Shown here in pieces: positions 9,954 to 19,426 of a stretch of DNA of 64,000 nucleotides. Under the pieces are notes generated by a model. That model was not told the DNA's origin. It made no database searches and worked only from the letters and a program-made list of their open reading frames with translations. The stretch lies in contig OZ253564.1 in assembly GCA_965262915.1 (NCBI GenBank), forward strand, positions 3,456,001 to 3,520,000, in the 5' to 3' direction. The position numbers and the translations under genes are program-made. Source of the stretch: Candidatus Spongiisociaceae bacterium (GTDB lineage: Bacteria; Actinomycetota; Acidimicrobiia; Spongiisociales; Spongiisociaceae). Position 1 is the first letter of the stretch. Each line of letters begins with the position of its first letter.

Positions 9954-10745
9954 TCAGTCACGAGCATACGCAACCCCGATGCGGCTTTCGAGGCGAGCCT
10001 GGAACCAGTTGAGAGCAACCGTGAGGCACCAGTAGATGCTCCCGGCGAGTATCAACATCTCGAGAATCCGGAAGTCGCGCTGGCCGATGCTCTGCGCCTT
10101 GGAAAAGAGTTCGGCAACACCGATGAAGCTCACCAACGTCGAGTCCTTGAGAATGAAAATGTAGTAGTTGGCGGTCGGAGGGATTGCATTCCGCGCTGCC
10201 TGGGGAAAGATGACACGACGGAAGGCTTTCACAGGCGTCATACCTATTGCCCGGGCGGCCTCTGTCTGACCGTAGTGTACCGACTGGATACTGACCCGGA
10301 AGACCTCGCTCAGGTAGGCACCGTTGGTGATGCCGAGACCCAGGATCCCGGCCTGTATCGAAGTCAGGAGAAGCGACGAGTGAAGATGGGGAAGCCCGAA
10401 GTAGAGCAGAAAGAGGACAACGATTACCGGAACCCCCTGGCCGAGGGATACGTAGAGTTTGGCCGGTACATTGAAAACCGGCCGTGGTGACAGGAGGCCC
10501 AAGGCTCCGAAAAAGCCGAGAAAGCACGCCAGCGCCGTTCCCCAGAACGCTACGTACAACACCAGCGGAATGGTGGCCACGAGTATCGGTACCTTCTCCA
10601 ACAAGTAGGAGAAACTGATCCCCAGGACCATCAACGCGAGAGCCAGTATGGCCAATACGGCTATTTGAACCGGTCGCATGCGTCTCTTGACGCGATCTAT
10701 CTCTGCGGTTTGGGGAGGTAGCCAGATACGCGTTGCCCCTCTCAC
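9954..10745 (-). CDS. Polar amino acid ABC transporter permease
   Basis: AYLSEVFR, GQTEAARAIG, LKDSTLVSFIG. Confidence 0.93.
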   Translation of the reverse strand: MRGATRIWLPPQTAEIDRVKRRMRPVQIAVLAILALALMVLGISFSYLLEKVPILVATIPLVLYVAFWGTALACFLGFFGALGLLSPRPVFNVPAKLYVSLGQGVPVIVVLFLLYFGLPHLHSSLLLTSIQAGILGLGITNGAYLSEVFRVSIQSVHYGQTEAARAIGMTPVKAFRRVIFPQAARNAIPPTANYYIFILKDSTLVSFIGVAELFSKAQSIGQRDFRILEMLILAGSIYWCLTVALNWFQARLESRIGVAYARD

Positions 10746-11662
10746 GACGAACTCCTTTCATAGGCGGTCGCCATCCTTCGTTCCGACATACCGAGCAATC
10801 GGCGGAAGACAACAGTCAGTATCCAGTAGATCAGCGCAGCAATCAGGATCGTCTCGAAGAGCCGGAGGTTCTGGCTACCGATTCTCTGAGCACGCTGGAA
10901 CAGGATCGGCACTCCAAGGAAGCCGACCAGGGCAGTATCCTTCAGCATCATCACAAAATGGTTGCCCGTCGGAGCAAGGGCGAATCGGATTGCCTGGGGC
11001 CAGATGATGCGCCGTTTTGTCTGGCGTAGCGTCATTCCCATTGCGGCCGAGGCCTCCCACTGACCGAGGGGAACGGACTGGAACCCGGCACGAAAGACCT
11101 CGGCCAGGTACGCAGCGTGAAAGATCGAGATAGCCAGGACAGCTGAAACGATCGGGTCGAGCACCAGAGCCTTCCTCAGCCAATCCGGTCCACCACCGGC
11201 CAACTGCGGTAGCGCGATGAAGATGAAAACGATCTGGACGATCAGCGGCGTACCTCGGACCACGGATGCGTACATGGACGCGACACCCCTTGCCCAAGCG
11301 CTCATCGAGAGTCGTGCGACGGCAGTGACAGCAGCGAGCGCTAGGGCGAGAACCATCGAGATCGCTGCAATGGCAATGACCAGAGGCGTCAGCGAGACTA
11401 GGAACCAGGTCCAAGTGCGCATGAACTGGGCATCGAGACCCAAGCGCAGCAGGAAGAGAAAAATGCCGGCAAGTAATGCGAGGCGCACGACCCACTCACG
11501 CAAGGGGAGGGGTATGCGCCGGACAAACAGTTCGAGACGCTCGGCTCTGGTCAGCGTAACGTCTCGTGTCCGTCCAACTACGCTCTCCTGCGTCGGATCG
11601 TCGCTCGATCGAGGCCGGTCGGTCCTGGGTACCGAAGCGACGCGGTACTCCTGACGGGCCAA
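10742..11662 (-). CDS. Polar amino acid ABC transporter permease
   Basis: RGTPLIVQI, AYLAEVFRAG, GQWEASAAMG; TTG start behind AAAGGAGA RBS. Confidence 0.92.
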   Translation of the reverse strand: MARQEYRVASVPRTDRPRSSDDPTQESVVGRTRDVTLTRAERLELFVRRIPLPLREWVVRLALLAGIFLFLLRLGLDAQFMRTWTWFLVSLTPLVIAIAAISMVLALALAAVTAVARLSMSAWARGVASMYASVVRGTPLIVQIVFIFIALPQLAGGGPDWLRKALVLDPIVSAVLAISIFHAAYLAEVFRAGFQSVPLGQWEASAAMGMTLRQTKRRIIWPQAIRFALAPTGNHFVMMLKDTALVGFLGVPILFQRAQRIGSQNLRLFETILIAALIYWILTVVFRRLLGMSERRMATAYERSSS

Positions 11663-11686
11663 GGCCGGCCTCTCCTTTCTCGCCTA

Positions 11687-11848
11687 ATGGTCTGTCTGTA
11701 AAACAACTTGGCATGCTCTGCTTGCCAGCGACGCCCCTCGCGGCGTTCCGCCTCCTCTACGTACGCTCCCGGTACGCCATCGTCGGCGGGCCTGGCGAGG
11801 AACGCCGCTGCCGGCGCATCCCACGCCGCTATTTCACAGACAGACCAC
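11687..11848. mobile_element. 162-bp MITE-like non-autonomous element, copy 1
   Basis: Terminal inverted repeats (A/G)TGGTCTGTCTGT(A/G)AAA; about 93% identical (12 mismatches by hand alignment) to inverted copy at 26966-27127; folds as a long hairpin. Confidence 0.85.
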
Positions 11849-11862
11849 TTGGAGCCAGGCTA

Positions 11863-11894
11863 GGTCCAGACCCCGATGGTCCGGGGTCTGGACC
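11863..11894 (-). terminator. Stem-loop after substrate-binding protein gene (terminator or mRNA-stabilising hairpin)
   Basis: Perfect 13-bp stem GGTCCAGACCCCG / CGGGGTCTGGACC, 6-nt loop, 12 nt past the stop; no U-tract. Confidence 0.65.
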
Positions 11895-11906
11895 GAGGAG
11901 AATCGA

Positions 11907-12791
11907 TCAGGCACATTCCGGAGGGAAACCACCCGGCTTCGTGTTGTCCCAGCCGTTCCACTTTATGGCCAGCGCGGAGAGGGTACCGTCAGCATGCATC
12001 TCGCCGATGATGCGGTCAACCTCGTCTCGCAGACGAGTCGCGTCCTTGGGCGAGGACCCGTCGAACACCAGGCCGTTCACCTCCGAGAAGAGAACCGCTC
12101 GGTCGGGTACGTACTTGACCGGCGCACCGTCTTGGATCTGGCTGCAGACATTGTTGGATGTGACGAGCACGGCATCCAGTCTCACACCGTCACCCAGCGC
12201 CAGATCCGTGAAGGCCGAAAGATTGTTGTCATATGTTCGAACGTCAGCATCGTCGATGACGAAATCGAACTCGACTGCCGGCAGTTTCAGGTCCTTTCCG
12301 AGGTAGCGTTCCTGGGCGCATCCTGCACAGACGCCGATCGTCGCTCCATCGAGGTCAGTCGACGAGTCGTTGACGGTCGTGTTATCAGCATGAACGGCAA
12401 GCATGGAATCCGAGTACTGGTAGGGCTGGGTGTACAAGAGTATTTCCAGCCGCTCCTCTGTGATCGTGATCCCGTGAATCGCCACGTCCCATCTGTTCTG
12501 CCAGTTGGCAGCCACAATCACGGAGAATGACGGTTCGGTGTATTCCACCCCGTCGAGACCGAGTCGCTCCGCGATCTCTTCGGCGACATCCGGGTTGAAG
12601 CCGATGATGTTGCCGGATTCATCAAGGAACGAGTCCGGCTCGTAGATCGCTTCGAGGGCGACGCGGAGGGTTCCGCGTTCCATGACTTCCGCGAGGAGGT
12701 CACCTTCCCCGTCATCTTCGGTCGCGCATGCCGCTGCCACTACGACGAACGAGAGTGCGAGGCCGAGATATCGTAGCTTCTTCTTGCTCAT
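11907..12791 (-). CDS. Polar amino acid ABC transporter substrate-binding lipoprotein
   Basis: Lipobox AAAC, RGTLRVA, GFNPDVAEEIAERLG, ITITEER, DGTLSALAIKW. Confidence 0.93.
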   Translation of the reverse strand: MSKKKLRYLGLALSFVVVAAACATEDDGEGDLLAEVMERGTLRVALEAIYEPDSFLDESGNIIGFNPDVAEEIAERLGLDGVEYTEPSFSVIVAANWQNRWDVAIHGITITEERLEILLYTQPYQYSDSMLAVHADNTTVNDSSTDLDGATIGVCAGCAQERYLGKDLKLPAVEFDFVIDDADVRTYDNNLSAFTDLALGDGVRLDAVLVTSNNVCSQIQDGAPVKYVPDRAVLFSEVNGLVFDGSSPKDATRLRDEVDRIIGEMHADGTLSALAIKWNGWDNTKPGGFPPECA

Positions 12792-12806
12792 GTCTACTTC
12801 CTCCCC

Positions 12807-12941
12807 TTATCCGTGAACTCCTCCACCGTGAACTCCTTCTCCACACTCTCCATCAACGGAAACGGTAAAGGGCTTGCCGGCGGATGGTGCGTCCAAATCG
12901 GCGAAGACTCGGCCGATGTCGATGGCAACTCTGTGACGCAC
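12807..12941 (-). pseudogene. Short ORF resembling the N-terminus of a hydantoinase/oxoprolinase A subunit (relic)
   Basis: GTG start with GGAG RBS; RVAIDIGRVFADL resembles RIAVDIGGTFTDL of the intact gene at 55282. Confidence 0.4.
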
Positions 12942-12965
12942 GTTGATCTCCAAGAGCTTTCGGGA

Positions 12966-12995
12966 ACGATATCCAGGGGCCCACCTCTGTGTCAA
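12966..12995 (-). promoter_or_regulatory. Sigma70-type promoter for the amino acid ABC operon
   Basis: TTGACA-18 nt-TATCGT on minus strand. Confidence 0.6.
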
Positions 12996-13263
12996 ATAAC
13001 GCACAGTGATACGTACAGCGCACATCTGTGGTTCCTGGACCGGAGTCCCCCCCCCCGGCAGGCCGGACATTTCCACAGTGAGCACGCCGCGCGTTCGAGA
13101 AGGGGCGTGCGCTCTGGGAAGCAGGCCCGGTTGGATCCAGAGGTCTACGGGAAGGTTATCTGTACGCGCCGAGGATGCCGGGTGCGATTCCGGTTCCGCA
13201 GCGACTGCGTCCCTGCAGGCTGAGGGAGGGCACGTGGCCTACCCGCCGCCCATAGCCGAATCG

Positions 13264-14199
13264 TCATCGGAGGCCGCGGATGAAGGGCCGGGCCAGCGCA
13301 GCGGGTTGGCGGAACTGCTTGGTTATGAAATACATGACACCGAGGGTCAGGACGTAGGGCAGGGCGGCCAGGAACTGGGCGTTGAGCTGGTAACCGAGCA
13401 CCGGAACCGCCAAGCGGAATGCGTCGGCCAGACCGAACAGGAAAGCCCCGAGCAGGGTGCCGCGCAACGTCCAGCCGCCGAAGTAGACCGCCGCGATGGC
13501 GATGAAGCCGCGGCCACCGACGGCGCCGGTATCGAAACTCCCCACCTGGCCAAGCACCAGGAAGGCGCCGCCCAACCCGGCCAGCATGCCTCCGTAGCAG
13601 ACGGCCTGGCGCCGTCGCTTGTTCACATCGATGCCCGAGATGTCACTGGCCTGAGGGTTCTCGCCCACAGAGCGCACCTCGAGGCCCCAACGTGTCCTGT
13701 ACAGGAGCCACCAGGTGAGCGGGATGAGCGGGTATAGGAGGTAGGTGGGCCAGGTCTGGCCGAACAGCGCCGGGCCGATGAGGGGGATGTCGGAGAGGAG
13801 CGGGACCTCGATGACGCTTGCCCGGCTGGCGGCCGGGTCGATGATCCCTTCAAGGAACCCGGCCAGGCCCAGTACCAGCACGTTGGCCGTGAGCCCGACC
13901 ACGAACTGGTCGGCGGTCAGGCGGTGGCTCATGTTCGCCTGGATCAGGGCGACCAGAACACCGGCCAACACCCCGCCGCCCAGCCCTACCCAGGTAGAGC
14001 CCACGAAATGGAATGCCACCACTGCTCCGAACGCCCCGGCCAGACACGAACCCTCGACAGAGATGTTGATCGTCCCGGCCTTCTCGGCCACCAGTTCACC
14101 GAGGGCCGCAAAGGCGAGGAAGCCCCCGAGGCGTACGGCACTCCCGTACATGGTCGGGTTGCTGAAGATATCGCCCAGTGCTCCGAGGATGTCGCCCAT
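13264..14199 (-). CDS. Nucleoside-type ABC transporter permease
   Basis: EKAGTINISVEG, SVGENP, GRGFIAIAAV, LPYVLT. Confidence 0.92.
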   Translation of the reverse strand: MGDILGALGDIFSNPTMYGSAVRLGGFLAFAALGELVAEKAGTINISVEGSCLAGAFGAVVAFHFVGSTWVGLGGGVLAGVLVALIQANMSHRLTADQFVVGLTANVLVLGLAGFLEGIIDPAASRASVIEVPLLSDIPLIGPALFGQTWPTYLLYPLIPLTWWLLYRTRWGLEVRSVGENPQASDISGIDVNKRRRQAVCYGGMLAGLGGAFLVLGQVGSFDTGAVGGRGFIAIAAVYFGGWTLRGTLLGAFLFGLADAFRLAVPVLGYQLNAQFLAALPYVLTLGVMYFITKQFRQPAALARPFIRGLR

Positions 14200-15338
14200 C
14201 AGGTGCCCGCGCCCCCGAAACCGGCCTGCGCCCGGCGCCGCTCACGGATGAACTGCACGGCCGGGGGGATGAGCAGAGCGAGCACGAGTAGCGCCTGGAT
14301 CACGTCGACGATCTTGCGGTCGACCCCGGTCGCGGCCAGGAAGCCGGCGCCCGTCCGGAGGGCGGCGAACACGATCGCCATCGGGATACACAGCAGCGGC
14401 CTGCTCTGGGCCAGAAGCGCCACCAGGAGACCCTGCCACCCGATGTTGGTCGAGAACCCGGTCGTGAGGCGGGAGCCCGACGCTCCCCCGGCGAGCATCA
14501 CCGCTCCGGCGAAGCCCGCCACGCCCCCCGAGATGAACAGCGCCAGAGTGCCGGCTCGTGCCGCCGCGACGCCCACCTGGTGAGCCAGGCTCGGTCCGCT
14601 GCCCAGCAGCCGGAGCTTGAAACCGCCCATGGTGCGCGCCAGGACGAAGGCCACCGCAGCGGCCATCACCAGGGCGATCGGAAACCCAATGTGGAACTCG
14701 TTGCCGAACAGAGTGATGACCGGCAGGTGGACCGAGTCGGGAAGGGCGGCGCTGGTCACAGCCCTAGAGGGCCGGTTGGGATCGGGATCGGCCAGTACCC
14801 ATGGCGTGGTGACCGCGAACCCGATGATCTGGAGGGCTACGAACACCAGCAGCAAGGTTGAGATCACCTCGGGTACACCCCGCCGGAATCGCATGACCGC
14901 GGCGATCGCTGCGTACAAGCCACCTGCCGCAGCCCCGAGCAGCAGGCCCGCCACGAGCAGGAGTGGCCCTGGCCCGGCCAGCTTGGTTCCAACGAAGGCC
15001 ATAGCCATGGCGCCGATCAGCACCTGACCCTCCTGGCCTATGTTGAAGAACCCGGACTTGACGCCGACCACCATTCCCAGAGCGACCAGCAGCATCGGGG
15101 TGGCGATGGTAAGGGTGTTGCCCCAGCGCCCGGGGGCGAGGAACGCCCCGTCCATGAGGGCGCCGAACACGCGGCTCCACGAGTTCCCCGTGATCGCCAC
15201 CAGACCCCCCGACAGCAGGAGGGTCCCGCCGACGCTGAGCAGGTAGAGGAGGGCCATCTCGACACCGGCCCGCTCCCGCCACCGGGCGGCTGTTGCGGGC
15301 GGACCGTCCATCGTCGGATCGGCGGTGTCGGACGTCAT
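14199..15338 (-). CDS. Nucleoside-type ABC transporter permease
   Basis: FNIGQEGQ, EVISTLLL, GWQGLLVALL. Confidence 0.92.
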   Translation of the reverse strand: MTSDTADPTMDGPPATAARWRERAGVEMALLYLLSVGGTLLLSGGLVAITGNSWSRVFGALMDGAFLAPGRWGNTLTIATPMLLVALGMVVGVKSGFFNIGQEGQVLIGAMAMAFVGTKLAGPGPLLLVAGLLLGAAAGGLYAAIAAVMRFRRGVPEVISTLLLVFVALQIIGFAVTTPWVLADPDPNRPSRAVTSAALPDSVHLPVITLFGNEFHIGFPIALVMAAAVAFVLARTMGGFKLRLLGSGPSLAHQVGVAAARAGTLALFISGGVAGFAGAVMLAGGASGSRLTTGFSTNIGWQGLLVALLAQSRPLLCIPMAIVFAALRTGAGFLAATGVDRKIVDVIQALLVLALLIPPAVQFIRERRRAQAGFGGAGT

Positions 15339-16933
15339 GCCGCGGTCTCGGCTACACCGGAGCCTCCCATGAGGAGAGCGAGCCGTTCCATATCGAGGCT
15401 TGTCCGGTCCATCTCGCCGACGGTCCCTCCGCGATACACGATCACGATGCGGTCTGCGAGGGCGGTGATCTCGGCGAGGTCCGTGGAGAGGAGCACGACA
15501 CCGATACCCGATGCTGCCGCGCGTAGCAACTGGTCACCCACGAACTCGATGGCCCCGACGTCGAGGCCTCTGGTCGGCTGGTGGGCGACCAGGATCTTGG
15601 GCGCGGCGGAGAGGGCGCGGGCCAGGACCACCCTCTGCTGGTTGCCTCCCGATAGGTGATCGAGGGGCACGTCGGGTCCCGTCGTATGGATGCCGTACTC
15701 CTCGACCAGGTCGAGAGCGTGCCGACGGATCGTCTCGCGCCGCAGAAGGCCTCGGCGCTGCATCCGGTCGAGCGAGGAGAGCATGAGGTTCTCCGCCACG
15801 GTCATGCCCGGAACGCATCCCGACCGGTGACGATCCGCCGGAACCACCACCACCCCCGCGCCGGCCATCGCGCCGGCGACACCGGTGGGAACCGCCTGTC
15901 CTTCTACCTCCACAGTACCGGAGTCGAGACGGCGGAGGCTCGACAGGACGTCGGCCAGCGGGGTCTGACCGTTCCCTTCCACACCCGCCACCCCCACCAC
16001 CTCGCCCGCCCGCACTTCGAGCGAAAGGCTGTCGAGCAGGACCCGTCCGTCGTCCGCCCTCAGCGATGCACCGTCGATACGCAACAGCGGCGTCTCCGCA
16101 TCGGGCATGCCGGCACGACTCTCCCTGCTCTCGATTGCCGCTTCCGGCGGCGCAACGCTGCCGGACATTCCGAGACCCGTAGTCACCGTCCGCAAGGCAA
16201 CCGGGCGCCCCACCATGGCGCGTGCCAGGGACGGAGCGTCGGCATCGGAGGTCCTGACCCGGTCGACCACCCTTCCGTGGCGCATCACGGTGATGCAGTC
16301 GGTGGCCCGAAGAACCTCGTCCAGCTTGTGGCTGACGAGGACCACCGCCCACTTCTCCCGGTCCACGCCCTCGGATAGGACATCGAACAGTTGCTCGGAC
16401 TCGGACGGGCTCAGAACGGAAGTGGGCTCGTCGAGGATGATGATGCGGGGCTCGAGGCGCAGACACTTGATTATCTCGACCCGCTGTCGGATGCCGACCG
16501 ACAGATCGCCCACCAGCGCGTCGGGATCGACCGCCAACCCGTACCGATGCGAGATCTCCGCGACCCGACGCTTGGTGGCGTTCCGATCCAACCGGCCCTG
16601 CTCGCCCAGAGCGACGTTCTCCCAGACCGTGAGGGCGTCGACCAGGCTGTAATGCTGATGCACCATGCCGATGCCACGGCGGGTGGCATCCAGCGGATCG
16701 AGAACCCGGTACGGCGCTCCGTCGATCTCCATCCTGCCGCGATCCGGCAGGGTCAGCCCGAAGATCAGACGCATGAGCGTGGACTTGCCGGCGCCGTTCT
16801 CACCCAGCACCCCGTGCACCTCGCCGCGGTGGAGCGTGAAATCCACGCTGTCGCAGGCCACTACTTTCCCGAAACGCTTGGTCATCCCGGTGAGCGCCAG
16901 GGCCGCCGGAACGGATCCGGGGTCAACGTTCAT
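15335..16933 (-). CDS. Nucleoside/sugar ABC transporter ATP-binding protein
   Basis: GENGAGKST, LSVGIRQRVE, ILDEPT, LSGGNQQR. Confidence 0.95.
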   Translation of the reverse strand: MNVDPGSVPAALALTGMTKRFGKVVACDSVDFTLHRGEVHGVLGENGAGKSTLMRLIFGLTLPDRGRMEIDGAPYRVLDPLDATRRGIGMVHQHYSLVDALTVWENVALGEQGRLDRNATKRRVAEISHRYGLAVDPDALVGDLSVGIRQRVEIIKCLRLEPRIIILDEPTSVLSPSESEQLFDVLSEGVDREKWAVVLVSHKLDEVLRATDCITVMRHGRVVDRVRTSDADAPSLARAMVGRPVALRTVTTGLGMSGSVAPPEAAIESRESRAGMPDAETPLLRIDGASLRADDGRVLLDSLSLEVRAGEVVGVAGVEGNGQTPLADVLSSLRRLDSGTVEVEGQAVPTGVAGAMAGAGVVVVPADRHRSGCVPGMTVAENLMLSSLDRMQRRGLLRRETIRRHALDLVEEYGIHTTGPDVPLDHLSGGNQQRVVLARALSAAPKILVAHQPTRGLDVGAIEFVGDQLLRAAASGIGVVLLSTDLAEITALADRIVIVYRGGTVGEMDRTSLDMERLALLMGGSGVAETAA

Positions 16934-17128
16934 TCATGACGTCTCCGTCGGCCGAAACGGACCGCGACCGCTCTACCCCGTCCCAGGCCGGCCCGAGACC
17001 CGGCATGCCGCAGCCCATCCGGTATGTAGAAGGGGTGCTCAAGAACGGGTAAGTGGTTGGCCCCTCGTCCGCTGACGTGGCATCTTGTCATCGACCGCCG
17101 GCCCAACGGGGGGTTCTCGACCACCCTC

Positions 17129-18382
17129 CTAGAAGCCGTATGCCCCGGCGAGGATCTCGTAGATCTTATCGTTGAAATCGCCGGCGCCGATGCGGGCGTT
17201 CAGGTCCGCGAGAGCCGCCTCCTGCTCGGCCGTGGCGTTGCAGAAGTCCGCCCCGACCTCGGGATCGATCCCCACGGTAAACCGGCGAACCCCTCCTTCA
17301 AGGGCCGTGCCGTTGAGGATCTCGGTGAAGATGGGAGCGATGTAGTCGCCCGCGTCGAACATGACCTCGAGATCGTATGCCAGATCGTCACGCTCGCATC
17401 CCCTCGACGACCCGGCAGTCATAACGATCAGCCCGTCCGAGTTGGCCAGCTGCGCGATCGCCTCGTGGGCGCCGCCCAGGAACGGGTAGACAGCCGCTAC
17501 TCCTTCGGCCACCGCGGTGTTGTAGGCCTCGGTGGCGCCGGCCGTGTTGTTGAAGTCGAAGGGGTAATTGCCGGTGGGAACGTAGGTGGCGCTGAACGAG
17601 GGATCCACGAGCTGGAGGCCGTACTCGAATGCGGTGAACGACTCCACCTCGAAGTTCAGGTCACAACATCCGAGGAACACCGCGCTGTTGCCCCCGCGTT
17701 CCTGGATCAGGAGGCCGGTGGCATAGCCCGCCGAGATGTTGAGTTCCGCCCCGCTGTCAGCACTGCGGAGCATGCCGGGCGTGTCCTGGAACCCGGATCC
17801 GCAGTTGCAGTACCAGAAGATCTCCTCGTACTCGAGGAAGAGATCCTCGTTGCCGTCGGCGATGCCGCTCGATCCGATCGCGATGACGTCCACGGCTTGG
17901 CTTGCGATGGTCTCCAACTCCTCGCGGGCGTTGGCCTGCTCGACGTTGTCGACTACCAGAGGCGGCTCGTAGCCGGCCTTCTCCGACGTGTCCTCCACCC
18001 ACTCGACCAGAGCCTGGTAATAGGCGCCGTCGTCGCGAGGGCCGTCGGTGACCACCGCGATGCGCACGACGCCGTCACCGTTGAAATCGGCGGCGCCCCA
18101 GTCCGGCGGGGCTGCGGTGGTGTCGAGCATCACGGCCTCCGTGGTTTCGGTTACCGCGGCTGCGGTGCTGTCGGGCGCCGTCGCCTCGGTGCCGGCGGGC
18201 GCCTCGGGCTCGGGCGCCGCCGTGGTGGGAGCGGCCGTCGTCTCGGATGTTTCGGCCACTGTGGTGGTGGACGGCGAGGCGGTGGTGGTGGACGGTTCGG
18301 AGGTATCGCCGTCGCCGCAGGCCGCCGCCACCAGGGCCGCCGCCACCAGTCCTGCCAGGAGCTTCCTCGACCAGCGTTCCAT
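17129..18382 (-). CDS. BMP-family ABC substrate-binding lipoprotein with Thr/Ala/Pro-rich linker
   Basis: ATG 18382 with GGAGG RBS; lipobox AAAC; low-complexity linker; DDGAYYQ, SAGYATG BMP-like core. Confidence 0.88.
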   Translation of the reverse strand: MERWSRKLLAGLVAAALVAAACGDGDTSEPSTTTASPSTTTVAETSETTAAPTTAAPEPEAPAGTEATAPDSTAAAVTETTEAVMLDTTAAPPDWGAADFNGDGVVRIAVVTDGPRDDGAYYQALVEWVEDTSEKAGYEPPLVVDNVEQANAREELETIASQAVDVIAIGSSGIADGNEDLFLEYEEIFWYCNCGSGFQDTPGMLRSADSGAELNISAGYATGLLIQERGGNSAVFLGCCDLNFEVESFTAFEYGLQLVDPSFSATYVPTGNYPFDFNNTAGATEAYNTAVAEGVAAVYPFLGGAHEAIAQLANSDGLIVMTAGSSRGCERDDLAYDLEVMFDAGDYIAPIFTEILNGTALEGGVRRFTVGIDPEVGADFCNATAEQEAALADLNARIGAGDFNDKIYEILAGAYGF

Positions 18383-18581
18383 CCGTCCCGTACCTCCCCT
18401 TGATGCCCGAAGCGGGGATCCTACGCTCTCCCGCTCCTCCTGCCCTGACCGTCCAGCGGCGGCTCCTCCACCGTTGCGGGCTGGTCCGATACGCGGCAAT
18501 CCGGCCAAGTACCGACTCAGGCTAGCGACCGGACCGCGAACCCGTCCACCGGATTCGACCGGAAACCACCGGCCCGCGGTG

Positions 18582-19370
18582 CTACCGAGCAGTGCGGGGA
18601 TGGCCGTGGACCGCCGCGTAGAGCCGCCGCACCATGGCTGTGGGATCCTGGGCGCTCCACGTGTTGCGGCCGAAGGCGATCCCCGATGCTCCGGCGGCCA
18701 CTACATCGGCCGCGTAACGGACCGCATCGTCCTCGCTGTCGCGCTTGGGACCGCCGAGCACGAAAACGGGCGCCTCGCAGTTGCACACGACACGGGGAAG
18801 GTCGCCGATGTCCGGCGGGGCCATCGTCTTGATCGCGTCTGCCCCGAGTTCGATGCAGATGCGGGCGCCCCGGGCGATGTGCTCCGCATCCCACGGAACA
18901 TCCCTTGCCCATCCCCCCGGAATCGACTCGGCGATCACGGGCATCCCGATCTTCTCGCACTCGCACACCAGTTCGGCCAGCCGCCGCAGCGAAGGTCCTT
19001 CCTCGTCCATGCCGGGGTAGACCATGAGAACGACGGCGTCGGCGCCGATCGTGGCTGCCTGCTCGGCCCCGTACAGGAGGGAGAAGCTGTCGCCGGGTGC
19101 GAAACCGCCCATCTGGGTCACGCCGCCGTCCACCCGCAACACGAGACCGCACCGGGCGAACGCTTCCGGGTAGCGCCGGGCGATCTGCCAGGTGGAGAGG
19201 ATCCCGTCCGGCCCTCCGTCGGCAACCTTCTCGACGACATCCAGCGCCGGTCCGTCACCCGAGGCCGATTGCATATCGATCGCCACCAGGAACGCCCGCC
19301 CGTCCCGGCCGATGAACCGGGAGGCCCGGCGCAACTTGCCGGCCCCCACCGCCGAAGAGATGTATTCCAT
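18582..19370 (-). CDS. DhnA/LsrF-type class I aldolase
   Basis: GADAVV, ELGADAIKT (Schiff-base Lys), PVFVLGG, GIAFGRN; ATG 19370 with AGGAGA RBS. Confidence 0.88.
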   Translation of the reverse strand: MEYISSAVGAGKLRRASRFIGRDGRAFLVAIDMQSASGDGPALDVVEKVADGGPDGILSTWQIARRYPEAFARCGLVLRVDGGVTQMGGFAPGDSFSLLYGAEQAATIGADAVVLMVYPGMDEEGPSLRRLAELVCECEKIGMPVIAESIPGGWARDVPWDAEHIARGARICIELGADAIKTMAPPDIGDLPRVVCNCEAPVFVLGGPKRDSEDDAVRYAADVVAAGASGIAFGRNTWSAQDPTAMVRRLYAAVHGHPRTAR

Positions 19371-19426
19371 GTTGCACAGTCTCCTTGTCGCTGTAGGTCC
19401 CGGACCGCATCGAGTGTCGATCGCGG

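Noticed and set aside
11700-11850. Conserved peptide LCLPAT..RLLYVRSRYA..FTDRPL appearing in ORFs at 11566 and 26835
   Set aside because: Translation of the repeated MITE; conservation is explained by nucleotide identity
13047-13056. C10 homopolymer as a phase-variation switch
   Set aside because: Intergenic, about 50 nt upstream of the -35 box and outside the spacer; no evidence of an effect
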